Positions 1 to 9,901 of a stretch of 64,000 bases of DNA are shown one piece after another (within the stretch, counting starts at the first letter, position 1; every line of letters begins with the position of its first letter). The notes beneath the pieces were generated by a model that was not told the DNA's origin, did no database searches, and saw nothing but the letters and a program-made list of their open reading frames with translations. Both the position numbers and the translations under genes were made by a program. Location: NCBI GenBank assembly GCA_022573715.1, contig JACZTL010000005.1, positions 7,265 to 71,264 of the forward strand. The letters are read 5' to 3'. This DNA comes from Bacteroidota bacterium. GTDB taxonomy: Bacteria > Bacteroidota > Ignavibacteria > Ignavibacteriales > Ignavibacteriaceae.

Positions 1-1276
1 GATCTACTTTTTTAATATTGTTATTTTCTTTGAGAAAATCTAAGAGTTTTTCATCTTTTAATTTTTCAGAATAGTTAGAAGATTTATAATAATTAAGTAA
101 TTTTTCAACAGTTATCCCGGTTTTTTCAGCATCTTTTTCAGCCATTTTTTTTAAGTCTTCTTCATTAACAACAATATTTTCTTTTTTCTCTATTTCAGAT
201 TTAATCATATGCCATTTAACTTGGTACTCTGCAGATTTTTTGTTTCTTTTAGAAGCTTCTTCTTTGTTAAAGTTTTTTAGCCCTTCTTTTTTTGCATGTT
301 CTTCTTCATGTTTTATTAGATTTTCCAAATAGTTGTTAACTATTGTAGAAGGAGGAACAAACTCGTTTTTTTTAACTATAGTAGAAATTAATTTATTTTG
401 GATAAATTCATTTTCTTGTTGTTCAAAATACGTAGAAATATCTTTCCTAATTTCTTCTCTTAATTCTTGTTCATTCGATACTTTTCCTTTTGTTAATTTT
501 TTCACAAGTTCTTCATCCAAATCCGGTAATATTGATTTATTTATTTCTTTTATTTCTGCTTCATAAATAAAATTTTCAGTTATTTTTTCTTCTTTGCCTT
601 TACTATTTTTTATGTTTCTATCATCTTTGAATGAAAAATTAAATTTCTCACCTACTTTTTTGTTCTTTGAATTTTCAATTATTTCTTTTTGAACATTTTC
701 ATTGGAAAGGTCTATCTGGATTTTTTCACTTTTAGCATTTTTGTAAGGTGTGCCGTCATTGTTTATTCTTAACAATTCCACATCAATAATATAATCTAAC
801 CCACCAACTTTATTGGCTTTTTCTTTTTTAGCATTTGCTTTTTTAATTTGCTTGATTTCTTTTTCAACATCTTCATCTTTCACTTTGAAGTCTGGTATAT
901 CAATATTTAATCCTTTGTAATCTTTTATTTCAATTGTAGGATATACTTCAAACTTTACTTTAAAATATAAATCTTCACCCGGTTTAAATTTGATGTCTGA
1001 TAAAACAGGTTGACCTATAGGATTTAATTCTTTCTTTTTTGATATTTCCCAGAATTGTTTATTGGCAACTTTTTCAGATGCTTCATAATCTAGTGAATCA
1101 CCGTACATTTTTTTTATCATTGAAATAGGAACTTTACCTTTCCTAAATCCAGGTAGCTGAATTTTTTTTGCTTGTTTTATTACTTCGCTTTCTAATTGAT
1201 CTTTGAATTCATCATATTTAAGAGTTGCTTCAAGTTCTTTTTCAGTTGTGGTGATATCGTTTATCTTAACGTCCAA
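1..1276 (-). CDS. tig: trigger factor, C-terminal end runs off the window
   Basis: Not in the ORF track because there is no stop in the window. Minus-strand translation from TTG at 1276 gives LDVKINDITTTEKELEATLKYDEFKDQLESEVIKQAKKIQLPGFRKGKVPISMIKKMYG..., which contains the trigger-factor signature GFRKGKVP. The frame stays open to position 1 (...KDEKLLDFLKENNNIKKVD). A GAGGA sits 4 nt upstream of the TTG. Confidence 0.85.
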   Translation of the reverse strand, partial: MDVKINDITTTEKELEATLKYDEFKDQLESEVIKQAKKIQLPGFRKGKVPISMIKKMYGDSLDYEASEKVANKQFWEISKKKELNPIGQPVLSDIKFKPGEDLYFKVKFEVYPTIEIKDYKGLNIDIPDFKVKDEDVEKEIKQIKKANAKKEKANKVGGLDYIIDVELLRINNDGTPYKNAKSEKIQIDLSNENVQKEIIENSKNKKVGEKFNFSFKDDRNIKNSKGKEEKITENFIYEAEIKEINKSILPDLDEELVKKLTKGKVSNEQELREEIRKDISTYFEQQENEFIQNKLISTIVKKNEFVPPSTIVNNYLENLIKHEEEHAKKEGLKNFNKEEASKRNKKSAEYQVKWHMIKSEIEKKENIVVNEEDLKKMAEKDAEKTGITVEKLLNYYKSSNYSEKLKDEKLLDFLKENNNIKKVD

Positions 1277-1311
1277 TGTATCCTCGTTAATATTATTTTA
1301 TTAAAAGTTTG

Positions 1312-1394
1312 TGCGAGAACGGGGACTCGAACCCCGATACCTTTCGGTACTAGATCCTAAATCTAGCGCGTCTGCCAAATTTCGCCATTCTCGC
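1312..1394 (-). tRNA. tRNA-Leu (anticodon UAG), long variable arm
   Basis: The reverse complement gcgagaatggcgaaatttggcagacgcgctagatttaggatctagtaccgaaaggtatcggggttcgagtccccgttctcgca folds as a cloverleaf. Acceptor stem is gcgagaa/ttctcgc. Anticodon stem is ctaga/tctag with loop tTTAGga. T-arm is ggggttcgagtcccc. Confidence 0.85.
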
Positions 1395-1652
1395 AAAATT
1401 TAATTTTAGTGAAATTTAGGTTATATTTAGTTGTCAATAGTTAAAATTTTATATATAATAACTTTAATATTTTCAATTTTATTAAAGTAATAAGCGCACA
1501 AAAACTCTTTTACTTTTTTAAAAATAAAATACAAATATAAACCCAAGTACTCAGTTTAGCAAATTATTAAAGTTCATAAATTTCTCTTAAAATAAATAAT
1601 TTTAGGGGTAATGTTACATTAAAAATTATAGTTTTCAATAATTACTTTTTTT

Positions 1653-2381
1653 ATGATATTTAACTACATTACAGCTTCCAGAACAGGACTAAAAAGAGAA
1701 CATAACGAAGATCACATTGGTATTTTTGAAATTGACGGCGGACTTTTAATTATTGTATGTGATGGATTAGGCGGAAATCGTGGCGGAGAAGTTGCATCAA
1801 AATTAGCAGTTAACACAATTAGTTCTGAATTCAAGAATATGAATAAATTAGGTACTATTGCAAGGATTCATCGTTCCATTACAAAGGCAAACGAATCCAT
1901 TATAAAACTAAGTTCTAAAGATGAAAATATAACCGGTATGGCAACTACTTCAGAAGTTCTTTTCTTAAAAAAAGATTTTGCTTATTGGGGACACGTAGGT
2001 GATTCAAGAATTTATTCTTCTAAAAATGGAAAATTACAACTATTATCTAAGGATCATTCTCTTGTTCAGAGATTAGTGGACGAAGGTCATATAACTTTAA
2101 AAGAAGCAGAGAACCATCCAAATAAAAATATTATAACCCGTGCTCTTGGGGATGGAATTGAAATTGAAGTTGATCTAAGTAAAATAAAGTTAAAGAAAAA
2201 AGAATATAATAGATTTTTTGTGTGTACTGATGGAGTATCTGGTGTTCTTAATGACATCGAGATAGAAAAACTTATTAATGGTAATAATTTAAGTAACATT
2301 GCAGATAAAATGAGCCAGATGATTGAAAATAGAGGGGCACCGGATAATTATTCTTTTGTTTTATTAGCTGAGATAAAATAA
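1653..2381 (+). CDS. PP2C-family Ser/Thr protein phosphatase
   Basis: Motifs REHNEDH, VCDGLGG, GHVGDSR and FVCTDGV are typical of bacterial PP2C (Stp/PrpC-like). The stop overlaps the kinase start (TAATG). Confidence 0.85.
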   Translation: MIFNYITASRTGLKREHNEDHIGIFEIDGGLLIIVCDGLGGNRGGEVASKLAVNTISSEFKNMNKLGTIARIHRSITKANESIIKLSSKDENITGMATTSEVLFLKKDFAYWGHVGDSRIYSSKNGKLQLLSKDHSLVQRLVDEGHITLKEAENHPNKNIITRALGDGIEIEVDLSKIKLKKKEYNRFFVCTDGVSGVLNDIEIEKLINGNNLSNIADKMSQMIENRGAPDNYSFVLLAEIK

Positions 2382-4330
2382 TGATCGGTAGTAATATTGA
2401 ACATTATAAGATAGTTGAAGTTCTTGGTAAAGGTGGAATGGGTATTGTTTACAAAGCATTTGATCTTAAACTTGAAAGGTTTGTTGCACTTAAAATCCTA
2501 AACTCCGATTTCCTTTCCAATCCTCATTTTATAGAGAGATTCAAGAGAGAAGCTAAACACCAAGCAAAAATAAATCATCCTAATATTGTACCTGTTTACG
2601 GTTTCACTGAAGAAAACGGAATATTAGGTATAATAATGGAATATGTTGCAGGGGAAACTGTAGAAAGCTTAATAAAGAGGCTCGGTAGATTAGAATTGCA
2701 GTATGCATTATCAATTTTTAAGCAGATATTAGCCGGTATCGGTTATGCACACTTAAAAGGCTTTATTCATAGAGATATTAAACCTTCGAATATTATTTTA
2801 AATAATGAAGGCGTAGTTAAAATTATGGATTTTGGAATTTCAAAATCTATTACAGAAGGTAGAGCTTTAACAAAGACCGGAACAAAAATTGGTACATTAC
2901 TTTATATGAGTCCAGAACAAGTTAAAGCCAAGGAGCTTTCTAATCAAAGTGATATATATTCCTTGGGGATAACTTTTTTTGAAATGCTTGTTGGTAGAGC
3001 ACCGTTTGATACCGGAACCGATTATGAAATTATGGAGGCTCATCTTAAAAAGAATCCTGCAAAAGTATCATCCTTAATAGCATCAGTTCCTCCAGCAGTC
3101 GATACTATTATTGCAAAAGCTGTACAAAAATCTCTATCAAAAAGATATGCTACTTGTGAAGATTTTTTAAATGAAGTAAATCTTCTATCAAATGAATTAA
3201 TGTATGTAAAACCTGAAAAAGAAAAAAAGAAAACTAAAGTTAAACAAAAGAAATTTTTAACCGGAGATCAACGAATAACAACAACTAAACAAAAGTCGAA
3301 ATATTATTTGTGGTTTTCGTTAACAATTTTACTGTTTGCTGGATTAATTTATTTTGTTTACAGTACCGTTTCAACATTTTGGGAAAATGATGATTATATT
3401 CCTAAAGTAAGGGATACTGGTAGAAACACGTATGTCTCTAATCCTGCGTATATTTTAAAATCAAATTGGACAAAGATTGAATCACCTACAGATGAAAATC
3501 TGAATTCTGTTACTTTTGTAAATTCAACATTAGGTTTTTCTTGTGGTAATAATGGTGTTATACTTAAAACTACAGACTCAGGGAATACTTGGTCTATATC
3601 TGATTCTTCAATTACTAATATATTATACAAAATTAATTTTTCTGATAATTTTAATGGTATTGCTGTTGGTGAAAAAGGCACAATACTTTTAACTAATAAT
3701 GGTGGTCAAAGCTGGGAAAAAATTACAACCAGGACTTTTTCAAGTTTGTTTGATTTTCAATTTATAAAAGGTACTTTAATTGTAATAGCTGTAGGAGCTA
3801 ATGGTACAATCATTAGGTCAGAAGACGGAGGCTATACTTGGAATCGTGTTTCCTCTCATGTTAATAAATTATTATACAGCGTTAAATTTATAAATAATAA
3901 TATAGGTATAATTGTTGGGTGGGATGGGGAAGTATTGCAATCAAATGATATGGGCAAGACTTGGCGCCAAATCACTAAGTTTACAACTAATTATTTACGT
4001 TCAGTTGATTTTGTCAGTGAGGATACCGGGTTTATAGTTGGCGGCGGCGGAGAAATTTATAAAACTACAAATGGTGCTTCATCTTGGAAACAAATACCTT
4101 CTAACACAATATCAGGCTTATTGTATATAAAGTTTATTGATGACAAAAATGGTTTCATATTAGGTAATAAGGGCGAACTACTAACAACATCTGATGCCGG
4201 CGAGCATTGGGCAGATATATCAAGCGGTACTTTTTCAACATTAAAAAGCATTGCAACCAATGATAACAAAACTATTATTGTTACCGGTAATAATGGTTTA
4301 ATACTTAAGAACACTCTGAACTCAAATTGA
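2381..4330 (+). CDS. Ser/Thr protein kinase with one TM helix and a C-terminal six-repeat BNR/Ycf48-like beta-propeller
   Basis: Hanks kinase motifs are present: GKGGMGIVYKA, VALK, HRDIKPSNIIL, DFGISK, YMSPEQ. A Lys-rich linker leads to the TM helix YYLWFSLTILLFAGLIYFVY. Six Asp-box-like repeats follow (DSGNTWS, NGGQSWEK, DGGYTWNR, DMGKTWRQ, NGASSWKQ, DAGEHWAD). Confidence 0.9.
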   Translation: MIGSNIEHYKIVEVLGKGGMGIVYKAFDLKLERFVALKILNSDFLSNPHFIERFKREAKHQAKINHPNIVPVYGFTEENGILGIIMEYVAGETVESLIKRLGRLELQYALSIFKQILAGIGYAHLKGFIHRDIKPSNIILNNEGVVKIMDFGISKSITEGRALTKTGTKIGTLLYMSPEQVKAKELSNQSDIYSLGITFFEMLVGRAPFDTGTDYEIMEAHLKKNPAKVSSLIASVPPAVDTIIAKAVQKSLSKRYATCEDFLNEVNLLSNELMYVKPEKEKKKTKVKQKKFLTGDQRITTTKQKSKYYLWFSLTILLFAGLIYFVYSTVSTFWENDDYIPKVRDTGRNTYVSNPAYILKSNWTKIESPTDENLNSVTFVNSTLGFSCGNNGVILKTTDSGNTWSISDSSITNILYKINFSDNFNGIAVGEKGTILLTNNGGQSWEKITTRTFSSLFDFQFIKGTLIVIAVGANGTIIRSEDGGYTWNRVSSHVNKLLYSVKFINNNIGIIVGWDGEVLQSNDMGKTWRQITKFTTNYLRSVDFVSEDTGFIVGGGGEIYKTTNGASSWKQIPSNTISGLLYIKFIDDKNGFILGNKGELLTTSDAGEHWADISSGTFSTLKSIATNDNKTIIVTGNNGLILKNTLNSN

Positions 4331-4421
4331 TTTTACATACCTTAATCTTTAATTTTCAGACAAACATATAAACTAATTTAATTGTTTAGTAAAATTACTC
4401 TTCCCTTATTTTGAGAGAACT

Positions 4422-5687
4422 TTGGATAAATTTATTATTAATGGTGGCACTAAACTGTCAGGTAAAGTAAAAATTGACGGAGCAAAAAACGCCTCACTTG
4501 CTCTTATGCCTGCTACATTACTCACCAACGGAAAATCGATACTTAGAAACACACCAAGACTAAGAGATGTTTACACAATGATAAGTCTTTTAGAGTTTCT
4601 TGGGGTTGAAACAACATTTACAGAGCATACACTTACTTTAGATACCAGCAAAATTAAAAGCCAAAATGCTCCTTATGAACACGTTAAAAAAATGCGGGCA
4701 TCAGTTTATGTGCTGGGTCCTTTATTAGCAAAGTACGGCAGAGCTAAAGTATCATTACCGGGTGGATGTGCCTGGGGTCCAAGACCAATAAATTTGCACA
4801 TAAATGGATTAAAGAAACTTGGTGCTAAAATAGAACTTCAGGAAGGTTATATAATAGCAAAAGCTAAAAAGTTAGTTGGAGCAGAAATAAACTTTGAAAA
4901 ATCTTCCGTAGGTGCAACTGGAAATATACTTATGGCAGCATCTTTGGCAAAAGGAACTACAATTATCAATAATGCTGCAAAAGAACCGGAAATAACCAAT
5001 TTAGCTGAATTTTTGAATAAGATGGGAGCAAAAATTTCCGGAATAAGCACTTCAAAATTAATTATTAAAGGGGTTGATGAACTTTCACCAACGACAATTG
5101 ATACTATTCCCGATAGAATAGAAGCAGGTACATTATTGATAGCCGGAGCAATTACAAAAGGAAAAATTGAATTACAAAATTGTAACCCTGAGCATATAAA
5201 CATACTTATCAATAAACTAAAAGAAAGTGGATGTAAAATATTTGTAGATAATGACTTAATTGCATTAGATGCAAGTAATTCCGATATAAAATCCATAAAC
5301 GTTAGTACAGCAGTTTATCCAGGATTTCCAACGGATATGCAAGCGCAATGGATTACATTAATGTCGGTTGCTAATGGTGTAGCTAATGTATCAGATAATA
5401 TTTATTTAGATAGATTTAATCACGTTCCCGAACTTTTAAGATTGGGAGCATCTATTAAAATGATTGAAAATACGGCTATAATTACCGGTATTAAAAAATT
5501 AAAGGGTGCAAAAGTAATGTCAACCGATCTCCGTGCCAGTGCAAGTTTAGTTTTAGCAGGGTTGGTTGCTGAAGGAATTACAGAAGTTTTAAGAGTTTAC
5601 CATTTAGATAGGGGCTATCAATTAATTGATGAGAAATTAAAGATGCTTGGTGCAGATATCAAAAGAGTTGTAGGCTCGGAATATTAA
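4422..5687 (+). CDS. murA: UDP-N-acetylglucosamine 1-carboxyvinyltransferase
   Basis: Full-length MurA-like sequence (MDKFIINGG...KVSLPGGCAWGPRPINLH...FPTDMQAQ...LDRGY). TTG start. Confidence 0.95.
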   Translation: MDKFIINGGTKLSGKVKIDGAKNASLALMPATLLTNGKSILRNTPRLRDVYTMISLLEFLGVETTFTEHTLTLDTSKIKSQNAPYEHVKKMRASVYVLGPLLAKYGRAKVSLPGGCAWGPRPINLHINGLKKLGAKIELQEGYIIAKAKKLVGAEINFEKSSVGATGNILMAASLAKGTTIINNAAKEPEITNLAEFLNKMGAKISGISTSKLIIKGVDELSPTTIDTIPDRIEAGTLLIAGAITKGKIELQNCNPEHINILINKLKESGCKIFVDNDLIALDASNSDIKSINVSTAVYPGFPTDMQAQWITLMSVANGVANVSDNIYLDRFNHVPELLRLGASIKMIENTAIITGIKKLKGAKVMSTDLRASASLVLAGLVAEGITEVLRVYHLDRGYQLIDEKLKMLGADIKRVVGSEY

Positions 5688-7921
5688 TGCGTAATGATCT
5701 GAAAAAAATATTTTCCAGAAAATTAATTACTCTTTTTAGTATAGTCTTAATCATAAATTTTATCCTACTTTTTTTCCCATTAACAAATGTTTTTGGATTC
5801 GAATTTTCTTTTGTTAATGCTATTCTAATAACTTTTTTGTCAGGTTTTATCTCAATCTCATATTTTAAAAAATTTAGTGCTAATTCTGAAATAAATAAAG
5901 AATTGTTTCAAACTTTAGCACAAATTGGAGTCATATTGCTTACAATTCCACTTGTTATTTCTCTTACACATTCACTTCTGGGATTCTCATGTTCATTTAA
6001 AGACGGAGTTCTTTTTTATTTGGTTTTAACTATTCCGTCGTATATTATTGGCTTAACATTAGGATTGATCGCATTTTCTATCAGTAGAAAATTTTCAGTT
6101 TTAGTATATCTTATTTTATTTTTTTTAATTCTTTCAATTCCTTTTTTTGAATTTTACCTCAACCCTCAAATATATTTTTTTAATCCCATATTTGGTTTTT
6201 TCCCGGGTACTATTTATGATGAAGGATTAAGCGTAAGTCTAATATTAATTTTATACAGATTTATAAATGTAATATTCTTTTTTACTGTTTTTTTATTGCT
6301 GATTAAATTCTTTTTCAGAAATAAAGACAATCAAAAAAAAAATATTGTAATAGCTTTCGCTCTAATTTCAGCTCTGATATTTATTTTTATTTCACCCTCC
6401 ATTAGCTTTTCTACTACTAAAAACAGTTTGGTAAAATACTTAAATAAAAAAGTTATTACTGAACACTTTGTTATACATTATCCGAATGATATTGAAGAGG
6501 ATGAAATTAAAATTATAACACTTCATCACGAGTATTATTTTTCAAGACTTAGTAAATTTTTTAATGTAGAAGTAAATAAAAAAATAGAGTCATTTATTTT
6601 TAATAGTAACAATGAAAAAGGAAGACTATTTGGATCTGCAAATGCCGATGTTGCTAAACCCTGGCTTCATCAAATTTATACTACTAAAGACAGTTATAAT
6701 AAAACCTTGGAACATGAAATCGCTCATATATTTTCAGCATCTTTCGGTGGTGGTATATTTAAAGTTGCAGATGGGTTAAATCCAACTTTGATTGAAGGGG
6801 CTGCGGTTGCCGGCTCTCCTTACTACGATGGATATTCCATTGATTATATGGCATCACTTGCATGGAAAAACGGTTACAGGATTAATATTAATAATCTCTT
6901 TAACGGAGTAAGTTTTTTCGGACAAACTTCATCGCTTTCATACATTTATGCCGGTTCATTTTCGAAATATTTAATTGATAATTACGGAATATCCAAGTTT
7001 AAATTGTTCTATAGTGACATTGATTTTACTAAAATTTACCATTCAGCGTTAAAAGATATGACAAACAAATATCATAATTATTTGGCAAATATTGATGTTA
7101 AAGAAGATAGCTCAAAAGCTAATTATTATTTTGGAAGAAAAACAATATTTCAAAAGGTTTGCCCAAGATATGTTTCAGATAGATTAAAGGATGCAGTAAC
7201 AGAATTTACACATCACAATTATAAAAATTCATCTAAAATTTATTCGGAGATTCTAAGTAAAACAAACAACTATTATGCACTTATTGGGTATGCTGAAGTA
7301 TCAAAAAAATTAAATAATACTCTTAAAGGATTATATAAAATTGAGAACAAGTTAAGAGATTTTATTAATACATCTTACTATTATAATCTACAATTTAAGT
7401 TAGCCGATCTATATTCACTAAGTAAAAAAACACTGCAAGCAAAATCTCTTTATAAAGAAATAGTTAAGGAGAAACCAAATATTTGGCTGCAGCACCTATC
7501 ATCGCTTAGACTGATTTTATTGAATTTTTCCGAACAATTGAATCTTTATCTTAATGGTACTCCAACTGACAAATTAGTATTATTGTTAGAGTTGATTAAT
7601 AAAAATAATGCTGATGTAATTTTACCTGTGGCAGTCAGACTTTCAAAAATTATTAATCTTGAATACAGCCTATTTATTAAAAACTTCATAAGTGATGAGA
7701 TTGTAGTGAATTTAAAAGATATTTATACCCTGAATGTTTTATCAATGTATATGTTAGATAATTTTGACTTTATAAATGCAAAAATTATGATTGAGAAAGC
7801 AGCAAGGAAAAGTAATGATCAATTTAATAACGAAATTATAAACTATAACAACAATAAAATAAATTGGATGTCTGATCATTATAGTTCAATTATAAGCAAA
7901 TTAAAAATCTACAACGATTAA
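5687..7921 (+). CDS. polytopic membrane protein with a peptidase-MA-like HExxH domain and a helical (TPR-like) C-terminal region
   Basis: About 240 N-terminal residues form multiple hydrophobic helices. The motif LEHEIAHIF (HExxH) follows, then an alpha-helical repeat-like tail. The start overlaps the murA stop (TAATG). Confidence 0.6.
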   Translation: MRNDLKKIFSRKLITLFSIVLIINFILLFFPLTNVFGFEFSFVNAILITFLSGFISISYFKKFSANSEINKELFQTLAQIGVILLTIPLVISLTHSLLGFSCSFKDGVLFYLVLTIPSYIIGLTLGLIAFSISRKFSVLVYLILFFLILSIPFFEFYLNPQIYFFNPIFGFFPGTIYDEGLSVSLILILYRFINVIFFFTVFLLLIKFFFRNKDNQKKNIVIAFALISALIFIFISPSISFSTTKNSLVKYLNKKVITEHFVIHYPNDIEEDEIKIITLHHEYYFSRLSKFFNVEVNKKIESFIFNSNNEKGRLFGSANADVAKPWLHQIYTTKDSYNKTLEHEIAHIFSASFGGGIFKVADGLNPTLIEGAAVAGSPYYDGYSIDYMASLAWKNGYRININNLFNGVSFFGQTSSLSYIYAGSFSKYLIDNYGISKFKLFYSDIDFTKIYHSALKDMTNKYHNYLANIDVKEDSSKANYYFGRKTIFQKVCPRYVSDRLKDAVTEFTHHNYKNSSKIYSEILSKTNNYYALIGYAEVSKKLNNTLKGLYKIENKLRDFINTSYYYNLQFKLADLYSLSKKTLQAKSLYKEIVKEKPNIWLQHLSSLRLILLNFSEQLNLYLNGTPTDKLVLLLELINKNNADVILPVAVRLSKIINLEYSLFIKNFISDEIVVNLKDIYTLNVLSMYMLDNFDFINAKIMIEKAARKSNDQFNNEIINYNNNKINWMSDHYSSIISKLKIYND

Positions 7922-8067
7922 ATATCATTTGTAGATAGTTGTTAATTTGTTCCCTTAGCTGTTTTAACTTAAATTTGTTTTATAGTATTAAATCAAATCA
8001 ATTTATTCTTATTGGTTGTGTTTAAGAACATTGTAATAAGTTAGGTATAAAATCTGAATTAGAATAA

Positions 8068-8191
8068 CCCCCACGTTTTAACGTGGGGTTAAAATAAAAC
8101 GACAATTCCCCCGCCTGCCCGATTCGCCAAAAGCGAATCGGGCAGGCGGGGATGAATGGCTATTGCACTGTCCCCAGTCTAAAGACTGGAG
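8068..8191. repeat. GC-rich palindromic intergenic element (REP/MITE-like), three adjacent hairpins
   Basis: Three hairpins: ccccacgt-ttta-acgtgggg (8069-8088); a perfect 19-bp stem ccccgcctgcccgattcgc / gcgaatcgggcaggcgggg (8109-8151); and ccagt..actgg (8174-8189). It shares the CCGCCTGCC / GGCAGGCGG and ATTCCC motifs with the elements at ~28.0 kb and ~40.8 kb. Confidence 0.5.
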
Positions 8192-8271
8192 TTATTCAAA
8201 TAAATATTTAGGAATTAGATGTTCCAAATTATTCTTAAATAAAACCTTCTTATTTAATCCCAAAATATTTA

Positions 8272-9681
8272 GTGAACTTAATAAAAAACATAGAGCATTA
8301 CGATTTTTTAAGCACAGCTTCTAATATTGCTGACGAAGTTGGTGTAGAGTTATATATTGTTGGAGGATTTGTAAGAGATATTTTTCTTAAAAGGACAAGT
8401 GATGAAATTGATTTCCTGATAGTTGGAAAAGAAAACAATTTTGTCAAGAAATTTGCTAAAAAACTAAATGTAAAAAAAATAAATATTTATAAAAATTATG
8501 GCACAGCTCAATTTAAATTCAATAGTTTAAAACTTGAATTTGTTAATTCGAGGAAGGAATCTTATAATATAGAGAGCAGAAATCCTAAAGTAATCAACGG
8601 TACATTTGAAGATGATATTGCAAGGAGAGATTTCACTATAAATACACTTGCAGTTTCCTTAAACCAAAATAATTTCGGCGAATTGGTTGATACGTATAAC
8701 GGTTTTCAAGACATAGAAGACAAGATCATCAAAACTCCTCTAGACCCAAATAAAACATTTGGTGATGATCCTTTAAGAATAATGAGAGCATTCAGATTTG
8801 CATCTACCCTTGGTTTTGATGTTGATGAAAAAATCATAGAAGCTGCAAAACTAAACAAAGAAAGGCTAAAAATTGTTTCTCAGGAAAGAATAAAAGATGA
8901 ATTTTTGAAAATTTTATCTTCACCAAAACCTTCAATTGGTCTCAAATTACTTCAAAGATCTGAGGTAATGTCTATAATTTTTCCGCAAATATCAAAATTA
9001 GAAGGTGTTGATCAAAGAAAAGATTTTCATCACAAGGAAGTATTTTTACATACCTGTACCGTAGTAGATAATATTTCGGGAAACACTGATGATGTTTGGT
9101 TGAGATTTGCGGCTTTAGTACATGATATTGCAAAACCACAAACAAAGAAATTTGTGGATGGAACAGGGTGGACTTTCCACGGACACGAAGATATTGGTGC
9201 AAGGATGATGAATAAAATTTTTCACGATCTCAAACTTCCTCTATCAAAATTAAATTATGTAAAAAAATTAGTACGGCTGCATTTAAGACCAATAGCTTTG
9301 GCTAAAGATGAAGTTACGGATTCAGCGATAAGAAGATTTATTGTTGAAGCAGATGAAGACCTTAATGATTTGATAACTCTCTGCCGTGCTGATATCACGA
9401 GTAAAAATCCTCAAAAGGTTTCAAAATATCTTGGCAATTATGACCGAGTAATGAAGAAAGTTCTTGAAGTTCAGGAGAAAGATAAATTGCGTGCTTTTCA
9501 ATCGCCAGTACGGGGAGAAGAAATTATGAAAGTGTGTAATCTTAAACCATCAAAAAAAGTAGGTAAAATTAAAAAAGCAATTGAAGAAGCTATTTTAGAC
9601 GGTATAATTGCAAATAATTATGATGAAGCTTATAATTACCTTCTTAAAATAAAGGATAAGTATATATTAAATAAATCCTAA
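8272..9681 (+). CDS. cca: CCA-adding tRNA nucleotidyltransferase / poly(A) polymerase family protein with HD domain
   Basis: GGFVRD, RRDFTINTLA and DPLRIMRAFRF motifs mark the nucleotidyltransferase head. An HD region follows (HDIAKP...HGHEDIG). GTG start. Confidence 0.85.
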   Translation: MNLIKNIEHYDFLSTASNIADEVGVELYIVGGFVRDIFLKRTSDEIDFLIVGKENNFVKKFAKKLNVKKINIYKNYGTAQFKFNSLKLEFVNSRKESYNIESRNPKVINGTFEDDIARRDFTINTLAVSLNQNNFGELVDTYNGFQDIEDKIIKTPLDPNKTFGDDPLRIMRAFRFASTLGFDVDEKIIEAAKLNKERLKIVSQERIKDEFLKILSSPKPSIGLKLLQRSEVMSIIFPQISKLEGVDQRKDFHHKEVFLHTCTVVDNISGNTDDVWLRFAALVHDIAKPQTKKFVDGTGWTFHGHEDIGARMMNKIFHDLKLPLSKLNYVKKLVRLHLRPIALAKDEVTDSAIRRFIVEADEDLNDLITLCRADITSKNPQKVSKYLGNYDRVMKKVLEVQEKDKLRAFQSPVRGEEIMKVCNLKPSKKVGKIKKAIEEAILDGIIANNYDEAYNYLLKIKDKYILNKS

Positions 9682-9901
9682 TTTTTGTTTTCCTTAACGA
9701 TAATTAACCGCACAAATAAGGATTAAACCGTTTGTAAATAAGATATGTCTTAATTATTAAATTGTAATACATTTATTATGGTTAAAAAAAATATTTAAGT
9801 AAAATAAAATATATTCGTGGGTAAGTAACATTATTGAATAAAGCCACGTCTAATGTGTAATCTAATTAGTAGATTTTTCAAACCAAATTTCGGAGAAAAT
9901 A

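Noticed and set aside
333-566. 77-aa + strand ORF from the track
   Set aside because: It lies entirely antisense to the trigger factor coding frame. It is low-complexity and Phe/Ser-rich, typical of a shadow ORF in AT-rich DNA.
4847-5296. 149-aa minus-strand ORF inside murA. The same applies to 2087..2299, 3394..3681, 4057..4314, 11922..12296, 14163..14435, 15407..15679, 26267..26839, 31092..31442, 57243..57650 and 62410..62895.
   Set aside because: All are antisense or alternative-frame shadows of confidently identified genes. None shows a recognisable motif.
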